Shown here: in pieces, positions 26,915 through 38,998 of the stretch | How the letters are laid out: each line of letters starts with the position of its first letter | Numbering within the stretch: position 1 is the first letter of the stretch | NCBI RefSeq assembly: GCF_963921235.1 | Contig: NC_086097.1 | Location: 3,968,001-4,032,000 of the forward strand | DNA from: Mobula hypostoma | Taxonomy: Eukaryota | Length of the DNA stretch: 64,000 nt | Reading direction: 5' to 3' | Notes under the pieces: generated by a model | Databases searched by the model: none | The model's input: the letters and a program-made list of their open reading frames with translations, nothing else | What the model was told of the DNA's origin: nothing | Position numbers and translations under genes: made by a program

Positions 26915-27675
26915 GATTGGTGGCAGATCGGAATAACATCTCCTCCTTGATGGCAATCAGCAATAGCACACCTCAAGGAAGTGCTCAGTCCACTACTCTA
27001 CTCTCTCTACACTCACGACTGGGTGGCTAGGCACAGCTCAAACGCCATCTATAAATTTGCTGACAACACAACTATTGTTGGCGGAATTTCAGATAGTTAC
27101 AAGAAGTCCTAAAGGAGTAAGATAGCTCAGCTGGTTGAGTGGTGTTCGCAACAACTCAATGCAAGACCAAGGAATCGATTGTGGACGTCAGGAAGGGGAA
27201 GTTGGGGGAGCACACACCATTCCTCATCGAGGGATCAGGAGTGGAAATGGTAAGCAGTTTCAAGTTCCTGGGTGTCAAAATCTTCAAAGATTTATCCTGG
27301 GCCTGAATCACAAAGAGGGAATGACAGCAGCTATATTTCATTAGGAGTTTGAGGAGATTTAGTACATCGCCAAAGACACTCGCAAATTTCTACAGATGTA
27401 CCGTGGACAGCATTCTAACTGGTTGCATCACTATATGGTATGGAGGAGCCACTGCACAGGATAGAAAGGAGCTGCATAAAGCTGAAAAATGAGCCACTGC
27501 CATCATGGGCACTAGCCTCCCCAGCACTGAGGACACTTTCAAAAGGCGGCATCAATCATTAAGATCACCATCACCCAGGATACCTCTTCTCATTTCTACC
27601 ATCAAAGAAGCTCAAGAGATTGAAGACACACATTCATCTTCTTCCTCTTACACCAGTGATATTAAACCAGATTCT
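26915..27675 (+). mobile_element. Decayed Rex1/L2-type LINE 3' fragment
   Basis: PQG.VLSPLLYSLYT..KFAD-like RT remnant and FKFLGV. Confidence 0.6.
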
Positions 27676-30600
27676 AATTCTGGCACAGAAGATGATAAGG
27701 AAAGCTTTCTAAGGCTACAGAATTATATAGATCAGCTTAAAGCAGGTGGAACAATGGTCAATGGAATTTAATTGAGGTCCCATGACACAGTTATGTAGGA
27801 CAAGGGAGAATGGGTTAATGGTGACAGCTAAAATGTTTAAAGCAGCATTTGTCAACCTGGGGTCCATGGACTCCTCAGTTAATGGTAAGGTTCCATGGTG
27901 TAAAAAGGTTGGGAACTCCTGGCTTAGAGGGATCTAATACCGATTTTTCAGAGTGGTTGTAGCCTGGAATATACAGCCTGAAGAAATGGTAAGGGCAGAA
28001 ACTCTCAAGACAGTTGAGAAGCACCTATACACATCACTGGAACTCTCAAGGCATACAAAGTGCCCTCTTTGTGTTGTATGACTACGAATATTTAATTCAC
28101 TCCTACTCTGACATTTTTATCTTTAGTTTTGTACACCAACAAAGCCACTTGCAATGTCAAACAAGTTTGCATCTTCCAACTTGGCACATTACTGCCCTCA
28201 AAACATAACAACAGTCTCAAAAATTTCAGATTCCATTTGGGATTAACTAAACTTTGCAAGGCTGAAATCTAAAGCATCAAGTATACATGCTTTGACAAGG
28301 ATAACATTTTCTGTTAAAATTTTGCCTAAATTTTCAACAAATTAATGCTCAAAGTGTTTCTCTTTGTTGGCCAGACTGATTTAATATCCTACAAGGGAAT
28401 GTCAGCTTGAATCATTGAGTGTTTTCATGGCAGCCAGCAACCCGTAAGACATAGGAGCAGAATTAGGCCATTCAGCCCATCGAGTTTGCTTCGCTATTCC
28501 ATTGTGGCTGAACCCGAATCCCCATACCCTTGCCTTCCGACATAACCTTTGATACACTGACTATCAGGAAACGGTCAACTTCTGCCTTAAATATACACAC
28601 GGACATGGCCTCCACTGAAGTCTGTGGCAGAGCTTTAAAAAAAAACCTCCTTATCTCTGTTCTAAAGGGTTGCCCCTCAATTCTGAGGTCGCGCCCTCTG
28701 GTTCTGGATACCCCCACCACAGGAAACATCCTCTCCACATCCACCCATCCAGTCCTTCCAACATTCAGTAGGTTTCAATGTGATTCTCCCTGCATTCTTC
28801 TAAATTCCAGTGAGTACAAGCCTGAAGTTGCCAAACGCTCCTCATATCTTAACCCGTTCATTCCCGGAAGCATCCTGTGAACCTCCTTTGGACTTTCTCC
28901 AATGACAACACAGATATTAGTCTGCATTAAGAGGGTGCCAGTCTTATCCTGAGGCTGTGCCCCCTTGTGCTATACTCTCCCACCATGGGAAACATCCTTT
29001 CCACAATCTACCCTATCTGGGACTTTCAACATTCAAAAGGTTTCAATGAGATCCCCCCTCATCCTTCTGAATTCCAGGGAGTACAGACCCAGAGCCATCA
29101 TACGTTCCTCGTATGATAACCCTTTCATTTCCAGAATCATCCTTGTGAATCTCCTCTGAACCCTCTCCAATGTCAGCACATCTTTTCTAAGATGAGGGGC
29201 CCAAAACTGTTCACAATATTCAAAGTGAAGCCTCACCAGTGCCTTATAAAGCCTCAGCATCACATCCTTCTTCTTGTATTCTAGACCTCTTGAAATCAAT
29301 GCTAACAAGGCATTTGCCTTCCTCACCACCGTCTCAACCTACGTTAACCTTCAGGGTGTTCTGCACAAGGACTCCCAAGACCCTTGGCATTCCAGAATCG
29401 TGGATTTTCTCCCCATTTAGAAAATAGTCTGCACATTTATTTCTACTACCAAAGTGTATGACCATGCATTTTCTAACATTGTATTTCATTTGCCACTTTC
29501 TTGCCCATTCTCCTAATCTGTCAAAGTCCTTTTGCCTACCTGTTTCCTTAACACTACCTGCCCCTACACCAATCTTTGTATCATCTGCAAACCTGGCAAC
29601 AAAGCCATCTATTTCATCATCTAAATCATTTACATACAGCATAAAAAGAAGCGATCCCAACACCAACACCTGCGGAACACCACTAGTCACTGGCGGCCAA
29701 CCAGACAAGAATCCTTTTATTCCCACTCGTTGCCTTCTTCAATCAGCTAATGCTCGCACCATGTTAGTAACTTTCCTGTAATAACATGGGCACTTAACTT
29801 GGTAAGCAGCCTCATGTGTGGCACCTTGTCAAAAGCCTTCTGAAAGTCCAAATATACAACATCCACTACATCCCCTTTATGTATCCTACTTGTAATCTCC
29901 TCAAATGAATTCCAACAAGTTTATCAGGCAGGATTTTTATCTTGTCCTGTGTCACCAAGTACTCCATCACCCCATCCTTAACAATTTATTCTAACATTCT
30001 CCCAACCACTGAGGTCAGGCTAACTGGTTGACAGTTTCCTTTCCATTGCCTTCCTCCTTTCTTAAAGAGTGGAATGATATTTGCCACTTTCCAGTGCTCT
30101 GGCACCATGCCAGAGTCCAATGATTTTTGAAAGATCATTTCTAATGCCACCACAATCTCAAACACTACATTTTTCATAACTCTAGAATGCAGTTCATCTG
30201 GTCCAGATGACTTATGTACCTTTAGCACCTTCTCTCTTGTAATAATAACTGCACCCACTTCTCTTCCTTCATGCACTACAACATCAGGCACACTGGTGTC
30301 CTCCACAGTGAAGATTGATGCAAAATACTCATTTAGTTCATCAGCCATCTCCTTGGCCCGCGTTATTATTTCTCCTGCCTCATTTTCTAGCGGTCCTATA
30401 TCCACACTCATTTCACTTTTATTTCTAACATATTTGAAAAAACTTTTACTATCAACTTTGATATTATTTGCTAGCTTATATATATTTCATATTTCATCTT
30501 TTCCCTAATGTTTTTTTTTTGCTCTCTGTAGGTTTTTAAAAACTTCCAAATTCTCTTATCTTCTCACTAATTTTTGCTTTGTTGTATGCCCTTCTCCTTT

Positions 30601-32391
30601 GCTTTTACAATAGCTTTGACTTCCTTTGTCAGTCATGGTTGTACTATTTTATTATTTGAGTATTTCTTCATTTTTGGAATATACATGTCCTGCACCTTCC
30701 TTATTTTTCCCAGAAATGCACACCATTGCTGCTCTGCTGATATTCCTCTCAGCAGCTCCTTCCAATTTACTTTGGCCAACTCCTCTCTTATACCACTGTA
30801 ATTTCCTTTATTCCACTGAAATACTGCTACATCAGACTTTACTTTCTCCCTATCAAATTTCATGTTGATCTCAATCATATTGTGATCACTGGTTCCTAAG
30901 GGTTCTTTTACCTTAAGCTCCGTAATCACCACTGGTTCATTACATAACACCCAATCCAGTATAGCTGATTCCCTAGTAGGCTCAACGACAAACTGGTCTA
31001 AAAAGCCATCTCTTAGGCGTTAACAAACTCACTCTCTTGAGATTCATTACCAGTCTGATTTTCCCAATTGACCTGCATGTTAAAATCTCCCATGACTACC
31101 ATAACATTGCTCCTTTTGACTCGCTTTTTCTATTTCCTGTTATAACCTGTGGTCTACCTCCCTGCCACTGCTGGGAGGCCTGTATATAACTGCCATCAAT
31201 GTCCTTTTACCCTTGCAGTTTCTTAACTCAACCCACAAGGATTCAACATCTCCTGATCCTATGTCACATCTTTCTACTGATTTGATGCCATTCTTTACAG
31301 TAGAGCCACACCAACCTCTCTGCCTACCTTCCTATCCCTCCAATACAATGTGTAACCTTGGACATTCAGCTCCCAATTACAACCATCCTTCAGCCATGAT
31401 TCAGTAATGGCCACAACATCATGCCTGGCAATCTGTAATATTGCAACAAGATCTTCCACCTTATTTCTTATACTACGTGCATTTAGATACAACACCTTGA
31501 GTACCGTACTTGCTATCCTTTCTGATTTTGCATCCCTAATGATTTGATACACAGCCTGTTGACTGCAATTAAGTTGCATCACCTGCCTGCCCTTCCTGAC
31601 AGTCTGGCTGTACGCTATCTTCACTTTTTTACCATTCGCCCTTTCCTGAGTCCCTTCAGTCTGGTTTCCACCCCACTGCCAAATTCATTTAAACCCTCCC
31701 CAACAGCTCTAACAAACCTGCCCACAAGAATATTGGTCCCCCTCGAGTTCAGGTGCAACACATCACTTTTGAACAGGTCATACCTCCCCCAGAAGAGATC
31801 CTAATGATCCAAGAACCTGAAGCCCTGCCCACTGCACCAGCTTCTCAGCCACACATTTATCTGCCAACTCATCCTGTTTCTACCCTCACTGCCACGTAGC
31901 ACAGGCAGCAATCCAGAAATTACTACCCTTAGCTGTCTTGCATCTTCGGGTTGACTACTTCCTTGTAAGCTTGATCAATTATGTCCTCACTCTCTCGTAC
32001 AAGCCGAAGGTCATCCAGTTGCTGTTCCAAATCCTTTTCTTTCTTTTTAAATCTTTTTATTGAGTAAGTATACAAAAAAGGTAAGCCATATAAACATTAA
32101 TACAATGTTAAAGTATAATAAAATTCCAAAAGATAACAATACCAAAAAGAAAATACTACAAACAATGTAATTTAAGCATAAGAAACCAAGATAACATAAT
32201 AGTATACTAGATTTTATATATATCAATGGAAAAAAAGAAAAAAAAAACCCCCCAAAAAAACCCACCGTGCAACTAACTAAAAGCAAAGCAAAGCAATGGG
32301 CTAACTTGAAACCAAACAGAGTTAAACTTAAAATCACGTCCTCAATCCCGACCTCCATTAAAACAGTAAAAAAAAACAAGAAGGGTAAATA

Positions 32392-35300
32392 TTACATTAA
32401 ATGAAAATATCGAATAAAAGGTCCCCAAATCTGTTCAAATTTAAATGAAGAATCATAAAGGTTACTTCTAATTTTCTCCAGATTCAAACATAAGATCGTC
32501 TGAGAAAACCAAAAAAAGGTAGTTGGAGCATTAAGCTCTTTCCAATGTTGTAAAATACATCTTTTCGCCATTAAAGTAAGAAATGCAATCATTCTACGGG
32601 CTGAAGGGGAAAGATTACTAGAAATTTTAGGTAGTCCAAAGATAGCAGTAATAGGGTGAGGAGAGATATCTATATTTAATACCTTAGAAATAATATTGAA
32701 AATATCTCTCCAAAAAGTTTCCAAAGTAGGGCAAGACCAAAACATATGAGTTAAAGAGGCTATCTGCCCCGAACATCTATCACAGAAAGGATTAATATGC
32801 GAGTAAAAACGCGCTAACTTATCTTTGGACATATGTGCTCTATGAACCACTTTAAATTGAATTAGGGAATGTTTAGCACAAATAGAGGAAGTATTAACTA
32901 ATTGTAAAATCTGCCCCCAATCATCCACAGAAATGGTAAGCCCCAATTCCTGTTCCCAATCTACCCTAATCTTATCAAATGGAGCTTTCCTAAGTTTCAT
33001 AATAATATTATAAATCATAGCCGATGCACCTTTCTGACATGGATTAAGGTTAATTATCGAATCTAAAATATATATAGGAGGAAGCATTGGAAAGGAAGAA
33101 AGTATAGTACTTAGGAAATTTCTAACTTGTAAATATCTAAAAAAATGTATTCTTGATAAGTTATATTTATTAGATAATTGTTCAAAAGACATAAGGGAAC
33201 CATCTAAAAATAAATCCAAAAACCGTAAAATACCCTTAGTCTTCCAAGTTTGAAAAGCGCGATCCGTAAAAGAGGGAGGAAAAAATATGTTACCTAAAAT
33301 AGGAATCGCTAACCCGAATTGATTAAGATCAAAAAATTTTCTGAATTGAAACCAAATACGCAAAGCATATTTAACAATCGGGTTAGAGACCTGCTTAAGG
33401 CGTTTCGAATCAAAAGGAAGAGATGAACCTAAAATAGAACCAAGTGTATAACCCTGAACAGATTGTAATTCCAATGCTACCCATTTAGGAATAGATAGTA
33501 TGTCCCGGTCAAGTAACCAAAATTTCATATGTCGAATATTAATAGCCCAATAATAAAATCTAAAGTTAGGTAATGCTAAACCTCCATCTCTCTTAGCTTT
33601 CTGTAAATGTATTTTACCCAGTCTCGGATTCTTATTCTGCCAAATAAATGAAGAAATTTTAGAGTCGACTTTATCAAAAAAAGATTTAGGAACAAAAATT
33701 GGTAATGCCTGAAACACATATAAAAATTTTGGCAAAAAAAACATCTTAACTGCATTAATACGACCAATCAAAGTTAAATATAAGGGAAACCATTTAGATG
33801 AAAGTTGAGTATTATGGTCTATTAATGGTAAAAAGTTAGTCTTAAATAAATCTTTATGTTTACAAGTAATTTTAATCCCAAGATATGAAAGATAATTATT
33901 AATCAATTTAAATGGAAATTTATAATATAAGGGAAGATGTTTATTAATCGGAAAAAGTTCACTCTTACTAAGATTTAATTTATAACCCGAGAAAAGACCA
34001 AATTGTGCTAATAACTCTAAAACAGCAGGAATAGATCTCTCAGGATTAGAAATATATAAAAGTAAATCATCAGCATAGAGTGATAATTTATGGGACTTTA
34101 ATCCCCGAGTTATCCCAGTAATATTTGAAGATTCTCGAATAGCAATTGCAAGAGGTTCTACTGCAATATCAAATAATAGGGGACTAAGAGGACAGCCTTG
34201 TCGAGTACCACGAAAGAGAGGAAAAAAAGGTGAGTTTAAAGAGTTAGTACGAACCGAGGCTACAGGGGAGTGATATAACAGTTTAATCCAGGATATAAAT
34301 TTCAAGCTAAAATTAAACATTTCAAGCACCTTAAATAAATAAGGCCATTCTACTCTATCAAAAGCTTTCTCGGCATCTAAAGAAATAACACACTCAGGAA
34401 CATTTTGTGAGGGAGTATAAACGATATTTAACAATGTACGAATATTATAAAAAGAGTAACGACCTTTAATAAAACCCGTTTGGTCTTCCGAAATAATAGA
34501 AGGAAGTACTTTTTCTAGTCTATTTGCTAATAACTTAGAAAAAACTTTAGAATCAACATTTAATAAAGATATTGGTCTATAAGATGCACATTGAGCAGGG
34601 TCTTTATCCTTCTTTAGTATTAAAGAAATTGATGCTCTATTAAAAGATTCCGGAAGTTTACCAAGTTTCAAAGAAGCCTCAAAAACTTTATAGAGCCAAG
34701 GAATCAATAAAGAGGCAAAACATTTATAAAATTCAACGGTAAACCCATCAGGGCCAGGAGCTTTCCCCAGATTCATAGAAAAAATAACATTCTTAATCTC
34801 ATCCATTGTAATGGAAGTATCTAATAAAGAAGACATATCCTGTGAAATCTGAGGGAAGTCTAACTTATCTAAAAAATCATTCATATATTTAGAATCTCGA
34901 GGAGACTCTGATTGATATAAAGAAGAATAAAAATCACAAAAGGTTTGATTAATCCCCACATGATCCAATGTCAATCGATCATTTTGGTTATAAATCTGAT
35001 TAATTTGAGATTTAACATAATTAGATTTCAATTGATTAGCCAGCAGCTTCCCAATTTTATCACTGTGAACATAAAAATCACTTCTTGTTTTCTTTAATTG
35101 GTTTACAATCGAGGACGAGAGTAGTAAACTGTGTTCCATTTGAAGTTCAGTTCTTTGTTTGTATAGCTCCTCAGAAGGAGCCATAACATATTTCTTATCA
35201 ATTTCTTTAATCTTGTCCACAATTGCCATCTCCTCCTGCTTCTGTTTCTTCCTCAAAGCAACGGAATACGAAATAATCTGACCCCGAATATAGGCTTTAA

Positions 35301-36168
35301 AAGTGTCCCAAAGAGTGTTAACCGAAATATCTTCTGTATGGTTAATTGTAAAAAAAAGCTCAATCTGTTCATTCATAAAATTAACAAAGTCCGAGTCCTG
35401 AAGCAACAGCGAATTAAAACGCCATTGTCTATTGTTTGGTATATTGGCCATAATTTTAATAGAAAGCTTAAGTGGAGCATGATCCGAAATGGTTATAGAA
35501 TCATAATCACATTTAATCACTGAAGGAATGAGACGAGAATCAATAAAAAAATAATCAATTCTTGAATAGGAATGATGAACATGTGAAAAAAAGGAAAAAT
35601 CTTTTTCCTGAGGATGCAGAAAACGCCAAATGTCCGTCGACCCAGAATCAGAAAGGAAAAAATTAATCAAATTTGCAGATTTATTAGGTAAAGTCCGTAA
35701 AGGAGCCGAACGGTCCAAAGCTGGAGATAAACAGGTATTAAGATCTCCGCCCCAAATCAATGAAAACTCGTTCAAATTAGGAAACTGATCAAACAGTGAT
35801 TTATAAAATTCCGGACAATCCATATTAGGAGCATAAACATTAACCAAAACTACTTTTTTATTAAATAGTAAACCACTAACCAATAAAAATCTACCATTCG
35901 GATCAGAGATAATATCCTGTTGTATAAAAGTAACTGAGGAATCTATAAAAATAGAGACGCCTCGAATCTTAGCATTGGAGTTCGAATGAAATTGTTGTCC
36001 CTTCCAGAATTTGAAAAAACGTAGTCTGTCCCCCCTCCGTACATGGGTCTCTTGTAAAAATAAAATTTGTGCTTTAAGTCTCCGGAACACTTTAAAAACT
36101 TTTTTTCTTTTAATAGGATGATTAAGACCATTAGTATTCCAGGAGACAAAATTAATAATAGACTCCAT
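32392..36168 (-). CDS. L1 ORF2p (APE endonuclease, reverse transcriptase, CCHC finger)
   Basis: SWNTNGL, QETH, GGDLN, SDH; KAPGPDG, LDAEKAFD, RQGCPLSP, YADD; CDRC..HMFWSC. Probable start is the ATG at 36168 (MESII); the track extends the ORF to 36222. Confidence 0.95.
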   Translation of the reverse strand: MESIINFVSWNTNGLNHPIKRKKVFKVFRRLKAQILFLQETHVRRGDRLRFFKFWKGQQFHSNSNAKIRGVSIFIDSSVTFIQQDIISDPNGRFLLVSGLLFNKKVVLVNVYAPNMDCPEFYKSLFDQFPNLNEFSLIWGGDLNTCLSPALDRSAPLRTLPNKSANLINFFLSDSGSTDIWRFLHPQEKDFSFFSHVHHSYSRIDYFFIDSRLIPSVIKCDYDSITISDHAPLKLSIKIMANIPNNRQWRFNSLLLQDSDFVNFMNEQIELFFTINHTEDISVNTLWDTFKAYIRGQIISYSVALRKKQKQEEMAIVDKIKEIDKKYVMAPSEELYKQRTELQMEHSLLLSSSIVNQLKKTRSDFYVHSDKIGKLLANQLKSNYVKSQINQIYNQNDRLTLDHVGINQTFCDFYSSLYQSESPRDSKYMNDFLDKLDFPQISQDMSSLLDTSITMDEIKNVIFSMNLGKAPGPDGFTVEFYKCFASLLIPWLYKVFEASLKLGKLPESFNRASISLILKKDKDPAQCASYRPISLLNVDSKVFSKLLANRLEKVLPSIISEDQTGFIKGRYSFYNIRTLLNIVYTPSQNVPECVISLDAEKAFDRVEWPYLFKVLEMFNFSLKFISWIKLLYHSPVASVRTNSLNSPFFPLFRGTRQGCPLSPLLFDIAVEPLAIAIRESSNITGITRGLKSHKLSLYADDLLLYISNPERSIPAVLELLAQFGLFSGYKLNLSKSELFPINKHLPLYYKFPFKLINNYLSYLGIKITCKHKDLFKTNFLPLIDHNTQLSSKWFPLYLTLIGRINAVKMFFLPKFLYVFQALPIFVPKSFFDKVDSKISSFIWQNKNPRLGKIHLQKAKRDGGLALPNFRFYYWAINIRHMKFWLLDRDILSIPKWVALELQSVQGYTLGSILGSSLPFDSKRLKQVSNPIVKYALRIWFQFRKFFDLNQFGLAIPILGNIFFPPSFTDRAFQTWKTKGILRFLDLFLDGSLMSFEQLSNKYNLSRIHFFRYLQVRNFLSTILSSFPMLPPIYILDSIINLNPCQKGASAMIYNIIMKLRKAPFDKIRVDWEQELGLTISVDDWGQILQLVNTSSICAKHSLIQFKVVHRAHMSKDKLARFYSHINPFCDRCSGQIASLTHMFWSCPTLETFWRDIFNIISKVLNIDISPHPITAIFGLPKISSNLSPSARRMIAFLTLMAKRCILQHWKELNAPTTFFWFSQTILCLNLEKIRSNLYDSSFKFEQIWGPFIRYFHLM

Positions 36169-36888
36169 AAATCCTAAAGTCAACCCACAACAAGGAGGGT
36201 TGACAATAGGCGCGACCCACAAACCCGGAGAGGAAACAGAACATACAAAAGATACCGGGGAAAAGGACGCAACCAGTACTTCAATAATGTATATAGCCCA
36301 AAGAAAAACAAACTAAAACGTGAAGCCCCTCCCACCACCCCCCGCCCCAAGACCCCAAGGCAAAATCTAAAGCAGACTCGCCAGAAAGAAGCAAGCGCTA
36401 AAACTACCCCCATGACTTCCGGTATACGCTCCCTAAAAAAAAGGTATAAATATGAAAAGGATCAGCTAATTGTAAAACAGTAAAAAAATAAGTAAAAAAA
36501 GGTTAGCTCAATTAGAATACACACAGAACAGAACAAAAGCCGGAAAATATATATTAAGAAAAACCACAATAAACCTCAAACTCATGAATAGACACAGCAA
36601 CAAAAAAAAATAGGATTATTAACATAAAGTGATTATAAAAAGCAAAACAGAATAAAATTTTAAAAAACTACAAAATTTAAGGCCGCACAGGAAATACGTA
36701 AGATGACAAAAGGGAAGTAACCACCCAGAATCCCCTGGGAAAAGAAAGAAATGACGCAGTTAAAAAGAAAGTTTAGCAGCCATATTAAGAAATCAAAAGT
36801 AAACTTTTCTGCCCAAATAGGGCACAGAAAAGTTAAAACCAACCAATTCACAGCCTCCGATCAACGGAGAAAATTAAAAAAAAAGCAA

Positions 36889-37770
36889 TTAAGATGTTGA
36901 AGATGAAAGTTGATCCAGATAACTCTGGGCATCCGATGGAGAATCAAAAAAACGAAGGGCTCCATCTGACATGCGAATCCTTAGACGTGCAGGGTACAGC
37001 AGCGCTGGTCTTAAATCCATCTTATAGAATTCCGACATCACGGATCTGTAACGGACCCGTTGGTCCCAGATTGGTTTACTGAAATCTTCCACAAATCGGA
37101 ACTTAAGATCCGAAAAATCAATGAAACCTTTAGATCGAGCGAATCGAAACAGTCTCTCCTTGTCTTGAAAGTAATGAAAACGTAAGATAACATGCCTAGG
37201 TCTATCTGACCTAGACGAGTATGATGGGATTCTGTGAACACGATCCAGTAGCGGTGGTTGGTCAGGAAATACAGTAGGGAATGCATCTTTTAAAAGCTGA
37301 GAGAAATATTTCATGGGGTTGTTAGCTTCTACGGCTTCCCTCACGCCAATCATTCGTAAATTCTGCCGTCGCATTCTAGATTCCAAGTCAGAGTTTTTAA
37401 AAGTCAAAAAGTCAAGTTTCTTCTTCATTACATTAATTGTTTCTTCGATTTTCCCCATCTTAAGCTCACCTTGTTGCGCGAATTTTTGAAGATCAGATCT
37501 AGCCGACTGATGTTCCGCAATACATGTTTGCATCTTATCAATTAAATCGGCAATTTTCTGGAAATTAGTTGAGATCTCCGTATGAATCAGGTCTTTAACA
37601 AAGCGTGCAATTTCCGTACGAATCATCTCCCTAACAGAGGTTGAAATTTCCCTCTGAATTAACTCCGATATCGCTTTCAAAGTCACCGGTGATTCAGTCG
37701 GAGGGAGATCCGTAGGTTTCGGTTTAACCGGAGGTTTACCATCCTTGCCGTTTTTCCCGTTCTTAGACAT
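36889..37770 (-). CDS. L1 ORF1p (coiled coil, RRM, C-terminal domain)
   Basis: DLESRMRRQNLRMIGVRE...LDRVHR...PRHVILRFH...EDFS...LLYPARLRI. Confidence 0.92.
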   Translation of the reverse strand: MSKNGKNGKDGKPPVKPKPTDLPPTESPVTLKAISELIQREISTSVREMIRTEIARFVKDLIHTEISTNFQKIADLIDKMQTCIAEHQSARSDLQKFAQQGELKMGKIEETINVMKKKLDFLTFKNSDLESRMRRQNLRMIGVREAVEANNPMKYFSQLLKDAFPTVFPDQPPLLDRVHRIPSYSSRSDRPRHVILRFHYFQDKERLFRFARSKGFIDFSDLKFRFVEDFSKPIWDQRVRYRSVMSEFYKMDLRPALLYPARLRIRMSDGALRFFDSPSDAQSYLDQLSSSTS

Positions 37771-38261
37771 AGCAGATCTAAGTATCTTCCAATTGTCAGA
37801 GAATTCAGTTTAATTCAAAGTATTGTAAAAATTGATGCCTTAATGGTTAATTAAAGTATAGCTGACCATAGAGAAAAAAAACTCAGAGGTAATGGAGCGA
37901 GTCAAGAACGCGACTTCACTCCATGAGCGCTACCGGAAGTCCGAGTCTTCCAAATCCCTAACACGGTCTTCAAGGAGCTGCAGCTGGATACACTTCACGC
38001 AGATGTAGTTCCCCAGGAGACTCTGGGTCTCCCAGCTCTCCAGCACCTGGTATGACGAGCACACCACAGCCATTTAAATGATACAGTAAGAGAGGGGAAA
38101 AAAAAACAAAAAGGAAACCTTAACAGATGCTTTACACAGAGCCGACACCTCTTCCTAGCCAAGGCCTCTTTTAAGCCAACGCCTGTCGCTTCTATTCTCG
38201 CCACTGGCCTACTCCCGACAATGGCCGCTCCGCTTATCCCTTCTGTACTTTTATTTTGTTC

Positions 38262-38604
38262 GTAGAGCTCTGTTGCTGCCACTGATAGGCCCATACAATG
38301 GACAACGGTTGCGAAGCGCTCTTTTTAAATAACTGCCACTGACCTGCAAGAAATACCTCTCATAGAGGTCTGTCGACACTGCTGATAGGCCCCGTACAAC
38401 ACCCGCGAAGCGCTCTTTTTAATTAACCGCTGGCCGCCGACCTGTGAGAAACACCTCTTTGTAGAGGTCTGTTGAAGCTGCTGATAGGCTCCGTACAACG
38501 GACAACGCCCGCGAAGCGCTCTTTTTAATTAACCGCTGGCCGCCGACCTGCGAGAAACATCTCTTCGTAGAGGTCTGTCGACACTGCTGGTAGGCCCCGT
38601 ACAA
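38262..38604. repeat. Tandem array of about 95-105 bp monomers (3 full copies plus a partial)
   Basis: GAAGCGCTCTTTTTAA...GACCTG...TAGAGGTCTGT...TAGGC.CCGTACAA starts at 38313, 38407 and 38513. Confidence 0.9.
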
Positions 38605-38998
38605 TGTTTGGACTTTATCCCATTATAGGTATATTGACCTATATTGACTGTCTGGAAAGTGCTCCATAAATAAGTTATTATTATAAGGTAGAAATGAAAG
38701 ATCCAAAGTGCTCTCTCAGAACTTTGGCCAACGTTAATTTCTTCTCTCTTCTGCTATTGTAATATACTTTTTGTCATGAAATTTATTTGTGGGACCTTGC
38801 CAAGTACAAAGAGACTGCTGTACTTAACAACATAAGAACTCTTGATAACTAAGGAATCCCAACAGTTGTTACCAACTGGTGCATCCTGAGCACTTAGATG
38901 TCCTTTCCACTGAGAGTCCTTTCCAATGCCTCATGAAAAGAAGTTAAACATTTATTCATTATGGCTTACATGACGTATTACACAATTATAGTACTAAC

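Larger units (their letters stand above)
32035..37947 (-). mobile_element. Full-length L1-clade LINE with two intact ORFs
   Basis: TSD TTCCAAATCC at 32025-32034 and 37948-37957; 5' end GACTCGGACTTCCGG; AATAAA followed by an A/GAAA tail; ORF1 and ORF2 open. Confidence 0.95.
28445..38604 (-). mobile_element. Tandem CR1 3' fragment plus a long CR1 (ORF2, ORF1 remnant, 5' region) split by the L1 insertion
   Basis: RT (RFADDTK), APE (YLNARSIRNK, TESW, SDH). The host sequence continues across the L1 TSD. Confidence 0.8.
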
